Shown here: piece by piece, positions 39,399 through 52,199 of the stretch | How the letters are laid out: each line of letters opens with the position of its first letter | How positions within the stretch are numbered: position 1 is the stretch's first letter | Source of the DNA: Octopus sinensis | Lineage: Eukaryota | Reading direction: 5' to 3' | DNA: 64,000 nucleotides | NCBI RefSeq assembly: GCF_006345805.1 | Contig: NC_042998.1 | Span: 43,214,001-43,278,000 of the forward strand | Translations under genes and position numbers: made by a program | The notes under the pieces: generated by a model | What the model saw: the letters and a program-made list of their open reading frames with translations, nothing else | Databases searched by the model: none | Told to the model about the DNA's origin: nothing

Positions 39399-39939
39399 CC
39401 ACCCAACATATTCAATTTCACTCTAGATCGGATGGAGTTCCCCTGCCAATTTTTTAAAAGAAGGCTTTTGAAATGAAGTCTATAGAATTATATCTCTTGA
39501 CTGGGACCAGAAAGTAACACCCGAAGTGATTCAGGAACTTTTCAAGAACCACACAAAGGCATAAAATTTAATAGAGAAGCAATCTGAACATGTATGGTGT
39601 TCACATCATTGAGAAGGACACTAGGAATCTAGCAAACTAGCATTATGCAGAATCGTTAGAACGTCAAACAAATTACTTTGCAGTATTTTCGTTACGGCTC
39701 GTTATGCACTAAGTTCAAACTGTACTGAGGTCAACTTTGCCTTTTGGAGATGAAGTATTGAGTTTGATTAACTTGAATAACCTTTTCCTCGGCCTAAATT
39801 ACGACCTTTTCCCCTCTGATAGAAAACAACTTAGTAGTAAATGGAAATAACAATACAGAGAAATAATGTTTCTTTTTCGCAGAATTGGCTTATCATAAGT
39901 CTAATCTTTAGATTACATCATTCGTTACCTGATAACGAT

Positions 39940-40376
39940 ATATCCATTTCTACTCTAGGCACAAGGCCCGAAATTTTGGGTGGGTGGGGGAGGGGGCCAG
40001 TCGATTAGATCGACCTCAGTACGCAACTGGTACTTAATTTATCGACCCCGAAAGGATGAAAGGCAAAGTCGACCTCGGCGGAATTTGAACTCAGAACGTA
40101 AAAACAGACGAAATACCACTAAGCATTTAACCCGGCGTGCTAACGTTTCTTATTTCTTTACTGCCCACAAGGGGTTACACGCAGAGGTGACAAACAAGGA
40201 CAGACAAACGGATTAAGTCGGTTATATCGACCCCAGTGCGTAACTGGCACTTATTTAATCGATCCCGAAAGGATGAAAGGCAAAGTCGACCTCGGCGGAA
40301 TTTGAACTCAAAGACAGACGAAATACCGCTAGGCATTTCGCCCGGCATGCTATCGTTTCTGCCAGCTCGCCGCCTT
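39940..40376 (-). mobile_element. Family M SINE heterodimer within one 12-bp TSD
   Basis: CCTGATAACGAT at 39928-39939 and 40377-40388; long-tail unit joined to short-tail unit. Confidence 0.88.
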
Positions 40377-41220
40377 CCTGATAACGATGTATAGGAGCTT
40401 TCTGTATTCCTGCTATCTAATGGAAAAATCATCGTCGTGTAATATATTTTTTATATTAGTTTAGCTTGGAAAAGTTCATGCTTTATTCATAGTTATGCGT
40501 TTAAAAAGCTCCAGATTTTGCTTGCATTTTATATTCGGTGTTACTTTAGCGTACAGTCAACCGTAGTATCTGTAGTTTGCGCTGTGTAAATGACCAGGTA
40601 GACCGAACACTGGAGTGGCACCGTATGATTTGCATTGTAGGAGCAATATGACCAAATGGTTATGAAGTTCGCTTTGCAATCACGTGAACCCGAGTTCGAT
40701 TCTACTGCGTGGCATCTTCGTTAAATGTAACTTTCTATAGTCGACCCATACCTTGTGAGTAAAATCGGGTTGACGGAAATTGTATTGAAGCCTTTCGAAT
40801 TGATTTTACATTTAATTCAAAGGTACAACATTATCACACTGCATCACACTAACTGTAATTTGGAATTACACTAAGGATTTATGTGTCTGTGGAATACTCA
40901 GCCACATATCTGCTAATTCACTTAGCAGGTAGTTTTGTTAGTCGAATTACTGACACCTCATGATCTGAATTCAGACCGAGATGAATTTTAACATATTTTC
41001 GTCAAATACTACACCACCATCCGCCTAAATAAGGAACACGAATAAGTGGGATTCTTATAATCTTTGTAGTGTATAATTAAAAACGTTTAAATTCTTATTT
41101 TCTTTGGTTTGTGACGATGATTAATAGCTTAAATAATACTCTTTGTTTTAAATATGGGTTTATGTTTGTGTGCTTGTAACGATTACAACAGCTGAAATAA
41201 TATATCTCTGTGTATGTATG

Positions 41221-41368
41221 CAGTGGCGTAGCTGGAATGTGTGCCTCCCAGGGCAGCTCTTCAGTTTATCAGTCCCTCCAGCCCGTGCAGACCCAAAAGT
41301 GCCGTCCCGACAAAAGAGTCTCCTGCGGAGAACCGCCCCTCTTTCCATTCCACCTAGCTACGCTACTG
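41221..41368. mobile_element. 148-bp MITE, hAT-like
   Basis: CAGTGGCGTAGCTGG / CTAGCTACGCTACTG; flanks TATGTATG and TATGTGTG (8 bp, one mismatch). Confidence 0.8.
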
Positions 41369-41719
41369 TATGTGTGTATTTGTGTGTCATTAATTCACTG
41401 TGTAAAATATATATATTTTTCTTTTCAAGCTATCATACGCTTCCTGCTGATCGATTTCCTCATTAATTGCATCTATTGACATCCACAGCAGCTCTCAATC
41501 ACTCACACGTTTTCTCACCCACTCATCCGCTCACTCTCTCATTTACTCACTCCCTCATTTAACTACTCTTTCATTTAGTCGCTTCTTCATTTAACCACTC
41601 ACTCTCTTAATCACTATTCTATTGAGTGTAGGCTATTTGTATTATCATTTTTTTGCTGACTTTTAAATAAGCGTGATAAGTTAAACCTAATTGTTCAATT
41701 TTCGCAATCAAACTTACAA

Positions 41720-42388
41720 ACTTACATACGTACATACATACCTACCCACGTACACACACACATACATACATACATACATACATACATACATACATACATA
41801 CATACATACATACATACATACATACATACATACATACATACATACATACATTCATGCAGGCATACAAACATACAAGCATACGTACATGCATTCATGCATG
41901 CATACATACATGCATAGATGCATACATACATGCACACATACGTATATACATACATATATGATACACAATGCATACATACATATACATAATACACAATAAA
42001 TACAAACATACATACACACATGCCTATGTGCATACACACATACATATATGCTTACATATTGCATACATGCATAAAACACACACACAAGCATAATACATAC
42101 ATATGCAAAATACATGCATGCACACATACATACACGCATACTTACATACAAACATAATATATACACATACATATTACACAATACATACAAACATACATAC
42201 ATAAAGCATATATGCATGCATACACACATACATGCATACCTACACATACATACGCACATATGCGTGCATACAGACATACGCACATATACGTGCATACAGA
42301 CATAATAAAAATATACATGCATGCATTCATACATACTTGCAAACATATACATACAAACATTCACACGGATACATAATACATACTTTAC

Positions 42389-42432
<44 letters not shown>
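41720..42432. repeat. Long degenerate (TACA)n satellite
   Basis: Direct inspection. Confidence 0.95.
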
Positions 42433-42435
<3 letters not shown>

Positions 42436-42460
42436 TTTGGAGATGATGTACAGGTATTTT

Positions 42461-42740
42461 ATATTAGAAGAAATGAGGTACTCAGAAATTCGGATGGTTT
42501 TATATTTACAGATATTTATTTGTATATTACATGTTTTTATACATCATATAACTTATATCATATATTAGCGCTGGATTCACCAGAATGGACGCAATTTGAA
42601 AAATCCACCAGAATGGACGAAAGCGCTAATATATGATATATGATATAAGTTAAATGATGTATAAAAACATGTAATATACAAATCAATATCTGTAAATATA
42701 AAACCATCCGAATTTCTGAGTACCTCATTTCTTCTAATAT
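42461..42740. repeat. Inverted repeat, about 112-118-bp arms, loop containing a 14-bp direct repeat
   Basis: Arms 42461-42572 and 42622-42740; CACCAGAATGGACG twice in the loop. Confidence 0.92.
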
Positions 42741-42800
42741 TCTAATATATATATATATACACATGTGTGTGTGTGTGTGTGTTTGTGTACATATATATAT

Positions 42801-42933
42801 ATAGCTGAAGGATTAAAATTAATCAAAGGACATACCAGATATGTCCACCTGGTGGAAATAACAGTCAAAACTCTTATTTCCAGCAGGCAGATTTACTTGG
42901 TATGTCTTTGATTAATTTTAATTCTTCAGCTAT
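42801..42933. repeat. Interrupted hairpin, 133 bp
   Basis: ATAGCTGAAG.ATTAAAATTAATCAAAG.ACATACCA with its reverse complement, plus inner CCTG.TGGAAATAA arms. Confidence 0.85.
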
Positions 42934-43090
42934 TTAATGCTTTTTTTTTTTTTTAGAGTCTGCAACTGCTTACATTATTGATTCTGTTATTATCATTTTT
43001 AAATTATTACACTAGATGATAACAGAGTCAGTGGTATCTTCGCAAATGATTTTTTCATGAATTATTTTTCCTCGTGAATTATTTGCTCCG

Positions 43091-43121
<31 letters not shown>

Positions 43122-43159
43122 AGCTGAGAAAGTTGGTGTGTGAAAGCACGTGGTTGAAT

Positions 43160-43424
43160 ATATAGAAAATAGTAAAAAGTGAAAAAACTACAGAAGGCTT
43201 GTTTTAAGGTTAAAAAATATATATTTGAGTCATTATGTCAGAAGAATGTTATAAAATTTTTTCATACAGTGACAGTTTTTGAAGAAATTTCTTCAAAAGA
43301 GATTTCTTCAAAAACTATGTCACTGTATGAAAAAATTTTATAACATTCTTCTGACATAATGACTCAAATATATTTTTTAACCTTTTAAAACAAGCCTTCT
43401 ATAGTTTTTTCACTTTTTACTATT

Positions 43425-43432
<8 letters not shown>
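43160..43432. repeat. Near-perfect hairpin, about 130-bp arms, 13-nt loop
   Basis: 43160-43288 versus 43302-43432; one substitution and three 2-bp indels seen. Confidence 0.93.
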
Positions 43433-43462
<30 letters not shown>

Positions 43463-43569
43463 GCACATACGCATACATACATACATACATTACCCAGAAG
43501 TTCAGAGATGGAATGATTACACAAGACCATCAGGAGCCCGCGGACCGCAGGTTGAAAACCACTATCCCA

Positions 43570-43960
43570 GATACTGAAATCAGTGGCTTTATGAGCTGAA
43601 ATTTAAAGTCAATAACATCTTGTACGACACCACTAAGTCTGTCGCCTACAAAGCTAAGTATCCAGACACTTGCAAGAGCAAGAAATTCGCCATGAGGCGG
43701 GTGTTATTTCGGAATTTCATTCTCGTAGCGAGATGTCTAAACAAAGACTTGGGTTCTCTTATTCCCAGTTGTTGTATGGTTGTTGCCTCAACCCAGTTCA
43801 CCTGTTCTTTGACAGGTCTTGTTTTTCATCTTGTACAGTGTACAACGAAAACTATCCTCCCTACCAAGCAGATTTGATAGGGTTGCTAGTTAGTCGCTGA
43901 CGGCTTAACCATGCAACAGGCTGTAATTGGTTATATGTTACCAGTAGCGCTAGGAGTAAT
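43570..43960 (-). mobile_element. Possible old RTE-type endonuclease fragment
   Basis: Broken minus-strand reading NTRLMANFLLLQVSGYLAL resembles the RTE APE region; many stops. Confidence 0.35.
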
Positions 43961-44016
43961 CTGACATGGATGCATACATAAATTCATCCATACATTCATA
44001 CACATACATAGATTAC

Positions 44017-44314
44017 GTGAAGGCGCAATGGCCCAGTGGTAAGGGCAGCGGACTCGTGGTCGTAGGATCGCGGTTTCGATTCCCAGACCGGGCGTTGTGA
44101 GTGTTTATTGAGCGAAGACACCTAAAGCTCCACGAGGCTCCGGCAGTGGGTGGTGCCGATCCCTGCCGTACTCTTTCGCCACAACTTTCTCTCACTCTTT
44201 CTTCTGTTGGCCTGCTCTCTTAGCCAGCGGGGTGGCGTCATTTGAAGGCTAAAACAATGCCAAGACGCATTGTGACCAGCGACGTGTAGCAACATCATGT
44301 GATCACATGTGATC
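44017..44314 (+). mobile_element. Family A SINE with tail 1 and 11-bp TSD
   Basis: ACATAGATTAC at 44006-44016 and 44315-44325. Confidence 0.92.
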
Positions 44315-44839
44315 ACATAGATTACACACTAGACTATATCCAAAGTTTGCAAGACATTCCATGAGAGATTCGTGTGTGAAAAGAATGCACACACTTGGGT
44401 GTATGCACTGACTGGTCAACCAACGCACCAACACAACCACATATTTACAAACACCGGGAACTCTTTTAACTCAAAATGTCTTGTCGCTTTGTTGACCACC
44501 GGCTTGAACTCTCTCAAGAAGAACTTAAATATAGCTCAAAGAAAAATCATAGTCATAGATACATACAAAGAGCATTTGTTTATTTTGTAGTATAAAAACA
44601 AAAATATACTCAATACAACCGAGTGTTACAAGTGTGTTGTGTCTGATATGCATATACTTTTACATTAGGTAAATAGAAATTCAGCCTAGGTCACGATTTT
44701 TTTCCATTTGACTGGACGGACGACTTATTGAACAGGATGGTCTGGGAAGGTATAATCATTATTTATCTCACACACACACATACACACACACACACACACA
44801 CAAACACATAATGCAAGTGAACACACTTGCACGCATGTG

Positions 44840-45150
44840 TGGAGGCACATGGCCTAGTTGTTAGAGCAGCGAACTCGCGGTCGAGGGATCGCGGGTTCGA
44901 ATCTCAGACCGGGCGATGTGTGTGTTTATGAGCGCAACACCTAAGCTCCACGCGGCTCCGGCAGAAGGTAATGGCGAACATCTGCTGACTCTTTCGCCAC
45001 AACTTTCTCTCACTCTTTCCTCCTGTATCTTGCAGCTCACCTGCGACGAACCGACGTCCCGTCCAGGTGGGGAATCTATACGCCAAGGAAACCGGGAAAC
45101 CGGCCCTTATGAGCCAGGCATGGCTCGAGAAGGAATAAACAAAACAAACA
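44840..45150 (+). mobile_element. Family A SINE with tail 5
   Basis: Close relative of 32797-33092; flanks TGCACGCATGT and TGCACTCATGT. Confidence 0.9.
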
Positions 45151-45261
45151 ACATGCACTCATGTACACACACATACACATGAACACACACACACATACAT
45201 GCAAGCACACATGTATACACATACACACGCACACACACACATAAACACAAGCACACACACA

Positions 45262-45302
<41 letters not shown>

Positions 45303-45399
45303 AATTTAAATAGAAGCTGAAAGGTAAATCTCGAAGTCGTGTAAAATTGATATCACTCTATGCTTAGTATTAAGTACTTTTTCTCGTTTCTCTATATAT

Positions 45400-45451
<52 letters not shown>

Positions 45452-45691
45452 ACACTCGTGCACGCGCGAATGTATTCGTTTGATAAATGACTAATTTTCT
45501 AGTAATCAATGAAATTCAAAAATGCTGTTTATTGTAAATTAAGAAGAAATGATTGCCGAGGTATCCATGATAGAGAAGATTTGCAGTCTGTAACTTTTAA
45601 ATCATGATTCACGTTATAAATATATGTATATATATATATGATATATTTATTAAAAATAATTAAAGTTAGTACTAATGCTACTTCGTAATCA

Positions 45692-45738
<47 letters not shown>

Positions 45739-45739
45739 G

Positions 45740-45774
<35 letters not shown>

Positions 45775-45954
45775 ATTCAGATATACAAATGATGGTTTTT
45801 TTTAACATTTAAAGCTTTGGGACACATTATAAATTCGAAAGTTGGTGGAGCGTTCCAATGTGATTTTTCTGTCATTCTGCCATTCTTTCAATATTAATAA
45901 TAATAATAATGATAATAATAATAATAATAATAATAATGATTTCAAATTTTTGCT

Positions 45955-46063
45955 ACAAAGGTAACTTGGGGAGGGGATTAAGTCGATTACATCGACCCCA
46001 GTGTGTAACTAGTACTTTTTTAATCGACCCCGAAAGGATGAAAGGCAAAGTCAACCTTGGTGG

Positions 46064-46101
<38 letters not shown>

Positions 46102-46237
46102 CCTTCCTACTGGAAGCACAAGGCCTCAAATTAGGGGGTGGGTGGGAGGGGACTAGTCAATTACATCGACCCCAGTCTTTCATTGGTACTTATTTTATCG
46201 AAACCAAAAGGATGAATGGCAAAGTCGACCTTGGCGG

Positions 46238-46278
<41 letters not shown>

Positions 46279-46660
46279 CCTTCCTACTGGAAGCACAAGG
46301 CCTCAAATTAGGGGGTGGGTGGGAGGGGACTAGTCAATTACATCGACCCCAGTCTTTCATTGGTACTTATTTTATCGAAACCAAAAGGATGAATGGCAAA
46401 GTCGACCTTGGCGGATAATAATAATAATAATAATGATCTTTTCTGCTCTAAGCACAAGGCCTGAAATTTTTGGGGAGGGGGCCCAGTCGATTAGATCGAC
46501 CCCATAATGCAACTGGTACTTAATTTATCGACCCCGAAAGGATGAAAGACAAAGTCCACCTCAGCAGAATTTGGACTCAAAACGCAAAGATGGACGGAAT
46601 GCTGGTAAACATTTTGCACGGCGTGCTTACGATTCTGCTAGCTCGCCGCCCTCTTAATAA
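45955..46660 (-). mobile_element. Array of four family M units separated by (AAT)n
   Basis: Partial units at about 45955, 46102 and 46279 and a full unit at 46440-46660; the two middle units look identical. Confidence 0.85.
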
Positions 46661-46682
46661 TGATGATGATGATGATAAAAGG

Positions 46683-47090
46683 GATATATATCATACAAGT
46701 GCAACGAACCTCTGCAGAATGTGTGGGAAGAGGGTCGAAAGCGTGACTCACATTGTTAGTGCTTGTGAAAGTCTTGCGCAGAAAGAGTACAAGCACAGAC
46801 ACGACAAGGTAGCCCAAAACCTTCACTGGCTACTATGCCGGAAGTATGGATACGATGTAACGGTTGCTTGGTACCAAAATACACACCAAAATGTAATGGA
46901 CGAAAAGGGGAAGGCAAAAATCTTCTCGGACTACGACGTCTAGACAGACAAGGTGTTAGAGCACGAAAGGCCGGATATAGTAACCTTTAAGAGAGAAAAA
47001 GAAGTGTGCCTAATATTCGGCATGGCAGTAGACCAATGAATAGCGTCTACTAGTGAAAGGGAGAATCGGATACTGTAGATTTGAGTCCAG
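46683..47090 (+). mobile_element. R4/Dong-type non-LTR retrotransposon C-terminal fragment (CCHC finger and RLE)
   Basis: CRMCGKRVESVTHIVSACESLAQKEYKHRHDKVAQNLHWLLC...WY, then TDKVLEHERPDIV. Confidence 0.88.
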
Positions 47091-47281
47091 GATCATCTTT
47101 GAAGTATATGGAAACTGATTTGGTAATGAGCTGTGCGCATACTCCTCAGAAAACCAAGATACCATTGTGCGGAGATGTCATCATGGATAGGGGTTCATCG
47201 GGTAAGTCACAGCACCTCAGCGTTACAGGAAGTTCAACGTATAATTACCTTTATCAGAAAGAAACGGAGTAAAGGTACACG

Positions 47282-47332
<51 letters not shown>

Positions 47333-47672
47333 CATGTTTGTCCGTCGGAGCAGCAAAAACCATCTGATCACCGTTAAGGATGACTGATGGCTTGCGCGGT
47401 TGCTTTGTTTATAATGAAGAAGAGTTGCGCACAGTCAACTTCATTCTCTCGTCCTTGATCATCTTTAACCCAGTGGTAAAACCAGATCAAGAAGACTAGG
47501 GATGCAGACCAATGCAGCGAATGAATAAGATATCTTGTTTGTTTCATCTTACTCCCTGAACTCCGCAATGCATTGCTGCAGCCGCCTTCATCTGCAGTGA
47601 GCCATGAAAGTTTCTTCCGAAGAGTCCACCGTATTCAGTCTTCATTTGTATTGGTAGGCAAACCTTAACATG

Positions 47673-47708
<36 letters not shown>

Positions 47709-48239
47709 TACCGATGTAAGAAATTATCATAATCATCACATATATAGTAGCTATGTAGGAAAGTATCATACTCAGGATTATCCATCATGCGTATGGAATA
47801 AATGCCTTGTAAATATTTGAGCTACGGTTGTTTCCTTTTTGCGTACAAATCTCATTAGATACTCCACGACTTCTTAAAAATTAAGTAGTAGTAGTATGGA
47901 AGCATGCGCTGTAACAACGTGTTGCTGCATCCACCATTTGTTTGTGATTCCCTACTTTTGGCGGATTACATCTTTACACTACTCAGGCGACAACCCTTCA
48001 AGTCATGGATCTATTTGCGAAGTTGTTGCTGGTGATGGTTTTATAAGATCAAAGTGCAAATCCTACCTCAACCTCTCCAAGTCGCCTTTTACGACACGCA
48101 GAGAACACTTCGACTTTATTCTTTGACATGCCGGTCCCCACTCGTCACAAAATATACAATAGATAAAATAAATGTTACTCAAGTACTGGGTTCGATTTAA
48201 TCAAATTACCTTTCACTTAGACCTTTATTCATAAATATT

Positions 48240-48720
48240 TATTCAGGTGGATAAGATAGTGTCCTACATCTTGACAAGCCATCGGAGACTGACTGATACG
48301 GTCGAAATAGTGTTTGAATACCTCTAAGTAGATATCGGCAAGAAAAACGTGGATGGCGTGGGTAAGGAATTCCAGAAGGTTGATATTCTGGCGACAGAAG
48401 TCTGGAATAATACTTAATATTGTCCTAGGAAATTGGAATACAGCGTACAAGAATTCTGAAACTGAGAGGTCGTTCTAATAGAGCGAGGAGACGTCTATGG
48501 ACCAGAGGTTGTAGCTTGTTAATAAATATATATTTACCATTTAATAGGTTGGTTCCTTTTTGGATGCACCGCCCCAAATGTGAGGACGCTATTTCGTTGT
48601 CTTACTCAGATTACGTGGTAAGTTAGCAGCAATTGAAAGCTGAACTATTTTCAGCTCCTGGATAGGCACTTTAGCTTTTGAGATGCATATTTTTCTATGC
48701 TTTGTATGTGGGATAGTCTG
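48240..48720 (-). mobile_element. L2/Crack-type LINE 3' fragment
   Basis: Minus-strand PHIWGGASK, LQPLVHRRLLAL, VFKHYFDRI. Confidence 0.75.
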
Positions 48721-48769
48721 TGGTCTTGTGTTTATGAAACTACAAATAATTGTTATTATCATTAAGAGC

Positions 48770-48950
48770 TAAGGCAGCGAGCTTGTAGAATCTGTTAGTA
48801 CGTTGGCAAAAATGCTTAACAACATTTCGTCCGTCTTCACTTACTGAGTTTAAATTCCGCCAAGGTCGACTTTGTCTTTCCTACTTTCGGGGTTGATAAA
48901 TTAGTACCAGTTGAGCACTGGAGTCGATCTTATCGACTTACCCACTGACC
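48770..48950 (+). mobile_element. Diverged family M SINE
   Basis: GGCAGCGAGCTTGTAGAA head, GTCGACTTTGTCTTTCC domain. Confidence 0.75.
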
Positions 48951-49599
48951 CTTCAGTCAAAATTTGAAAACACTTATTTTTAGAGAGCTATTAGTCGTAA
49001 AAAATGTAGAGTGATTAACACTAATTTATCTTGAATCTCATTGGCTCGATTTTTTAGATGAAACCTGCATTAGCATAGGTTTGATAACTATACTAGAGCA
49101 GTCTTTTTCTCTGAACTTACTGCCGTTGTTGATATTGTTGATATTTTATCACTGTTTTCTGATAACTTTCCAATGACTGTCAAAAACATTTCGATATGAC
49201 AAAAACATTTACATTCATGTGTTGTGCTTTCCCTACGATATTTATAGCAAATGGCCTCACACTTGTCCTCACTTAAAAATTCCCATTTATATAACTTTCA
49301 GTTTAGCACTTCCTATCCTTCTAGGTGACATACTTGTCATGAAGACTACGGACGTATAAACATATTGATTGTGTTGATTAATAAATATTTTTCTCTTGGG
49401 ATAACATTTACACCTCAGGCACAAACCAAAATGTCGATACCAGTGAGTACTAGTGACGATAATTTCTTTACAGTGTAAGTATTTCTTTATAAAAGAGTGT
49501 AGATGCGTTTGTGTGTGTGTGTTTTGTTTTTGTGGCTTATTTGTTTTCATTCATGCCTTCAGCTAACTTCATTTTAAATGCTGTGTTTTAATTAATTTT

Positions 49600-49694
49600 C
49601 TTACCATACAATTTGTATACATATGTATATGTATATGTATATAAATATATGTGCGCGCGTGTGTATACATATATGTATAAAGATACGTATATGC

Positions 49695-49726
<32 letters not shown>

Positions 49727-49997
49727 TGGGTATGTGTTTATTATGTATATGTGTGTGTATATATATGATATATATATATGTACATATATATACATATATA
49801 TATATATATATGCATGTGTGTATATATGTAATATATATATATATAACATATATATGTGTATATTACATATAAAAAAATATATATATATAACATATATATG
49901 TGTATAGATATATATACATATCAAAATATATATATATATGTATATATGTATATATATATATATATATATATACATATTCATAAAACGTATATACATT

Positions 49998-50029
<32 letters not shown>

Positions 50030-50150
50030 ATATAATATTATATATATATATATATATTATATATATATGTATATATGTATTGGTATGTACGTGCACATGT
50101 ATATATACGTGTATGTATATATGCATGTATGTATATATATATACGCACAC
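49600..50150. repeat. (TA)n/(TG)n low-complexity tract
   Basis: Direct inspection. Confidence 0.93.
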
Positions 50151-50789
50151 TCATATTACGCACACTCACATGAAATTATCCGTAAAGTAGTCCATGAAGT
50201 ACTATAAAGAGACAATTACATATAACCACCATGTCTCCAAAATATTACCTCATTAACCTCGTTTTTCGCATCTCCAGTGCCGTTTGAAGTTTCATTGACA
50301 CATAATCAATTTTCATTAACTCTTAAATATTATGCATTTCTAATAATTTTTTGGAATTTGTTCATTTGCGGTTTGATTTTGCTGAAGTACTAGTTTCGTA
50401 AATATTGCAACGACTAAAGCTGGTTGAAGAGACGAATTGTTCAACTGATCTCGCTTAATGTCTAAGTTTCAATCTCCAATTTCTAGTTTATACTTCTATT
50501 CAATCTCTGATTTCTATTTAAGCGTGCGCACATACGTATATAAATGTAGAAATACAAACCCATACATATATAAATGCTCGTACACATACACACATACGTC
50601 TACGTATTAGGACAATTGACTGTGAGAGGTTAAAGCAGGTTGACTGTTTACATAATAGGTGTTTTCTGAAGTAATGTTTTTCCTGGAAATTTTAACAATG
50701 AAATCCCAAGATTCATTGTAGGAACATACATACGTACATACATACATATTTGTGAGTTTGTGGTGTGTTTGTATGGGTTTGGTGGGTTA

Positions 50790-50803
50790 TGCGTTGTATA
50801 TAT

Positions 50804-50857
<54 letters not shown>

Positions 50858-50968
50858 GATATATGTATGTATGTATGTATATAGTATGTATGTATATATG
50901 TTATGTATGTATAATGTATGTATATATATGTATGATGTTAATGTATATATATAGTGTATGGTATATAT

Positions 50969-51000
<32 letters not shown>

Positions 51001-51071
51001 TATGTATATATATATATATGTTATGTATATATATATGTATGTATGTATATATATGTATAGTATATATATGT

Positions 51072-51109
<38 letters not shown>

Positions 51110-51324
51110 TATGTATGTATATATATATCATGTATATATATGTATGTATGTATATATGTATGTGTATGTATATATGTATCTGTATGTATAATATATGTAT
51201 GTAATATATGTATATATATATATGTATAAATATATGTATATATGTATATATATGTATATATATATGTATAAATATATGTATATATATATGTATATGAATA
51301 TATATGTATATAATATATGATATG

Positions 51325-51367
<43 letters not shown>
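50790..51367. repeat. (TA)n/(TATG)n low-complexity tract
   Basis: Direct inspection. Confidence 0.93.
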
Positions 51368-51368
<1 letters not shown>

Positions 51369-51370
<2 letters not shown>

Positions 51371-51883
51371 GAGGCGCAATGGCCCAGTGGTAGGGCAGCG
51401 GACTCGCGGTCATAGGATCGCGGTTTCGATTCCCAGACCGGGCGTTGTGAGTGTTATTGAGCGAAAACACCTAAAGCTCCACGAGGCTCCGGCAGGGGAT
51501 GGTGGTGATCCCTGCTGTACTCTTTCACCACAGCTTTCTCTCACTCTTACTTCCTGTTTCTGTTGTACCTGTATTTCAAAGGGCCGGCCTTGTCACTCTC
51601 TGTGCCACGCTGAACATCCCCGAGAACTACGTTAAGGGTACACGTGTCTGTGGAGTGCTCAGCCACTTACACGTTAATTTCACGAGGAGGCTGTTCCACC
51701 ATATATATATGTATATATATATACATATATATATATATACATATATATATGGTGGAAGCACTCCGTCGGTTACGACGACGGGTTCCGGTTGATCCGAATC
51801 AACGGAACAGCCTGCTCGTGAAATTAACGTGTAAGTGGCTGAGCACTCCACAGACACGTGGACCCTTAACGTAGTTCTCGGGG
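51369..51883 (+). mobile_element. Family A SINE with tail 3, followed by an inverted copy of its own tail
   Basis: 80-bp arms 51618-51697 and 51804-51883 with 2 mismatches; the direct copy lacks about 50 bp that the inverted copy retains. Confidence 0.9.
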
Positions 51884-51932
51884 GGATATATATATGTATA
51901 TATATATATATATGGATATATAGTATGTATAT

Positions 51933-51972
<40 letters not shown>

Positions 51973-52199
51973 ATATGTATATATATATATATATATGTAT
52001 ATATATGTATATATATATGTATAATATATATATGTATGTATATATATATAATATATGTATATATATATTATATATATATATATATATGTATATATATGTA
52101 TAATATATGTATATAGTATATATATATGTATGATATATAGTATATATATATATGTATATATAATATTATATATATGTATGTATATATATATACATAAGA

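Noticed and set aside
42461-42500. Hammerhead-like TGAGGTACTCAGAAATTCGGAT in the hairpin arm
   Set aside because: No CUGANGA upstream and the position-17 base would be G.
45955-46660. Repeat-spacer pattern resembling a CRISPR array
   Set aside because: The units are SINE fragments and the spacers are (AAT)n; the context is eukaryotic with no cas genes.
47360-47660. Coding-like minus-strand segment
   Set aside because: Stops in all frames and no motif I can name.
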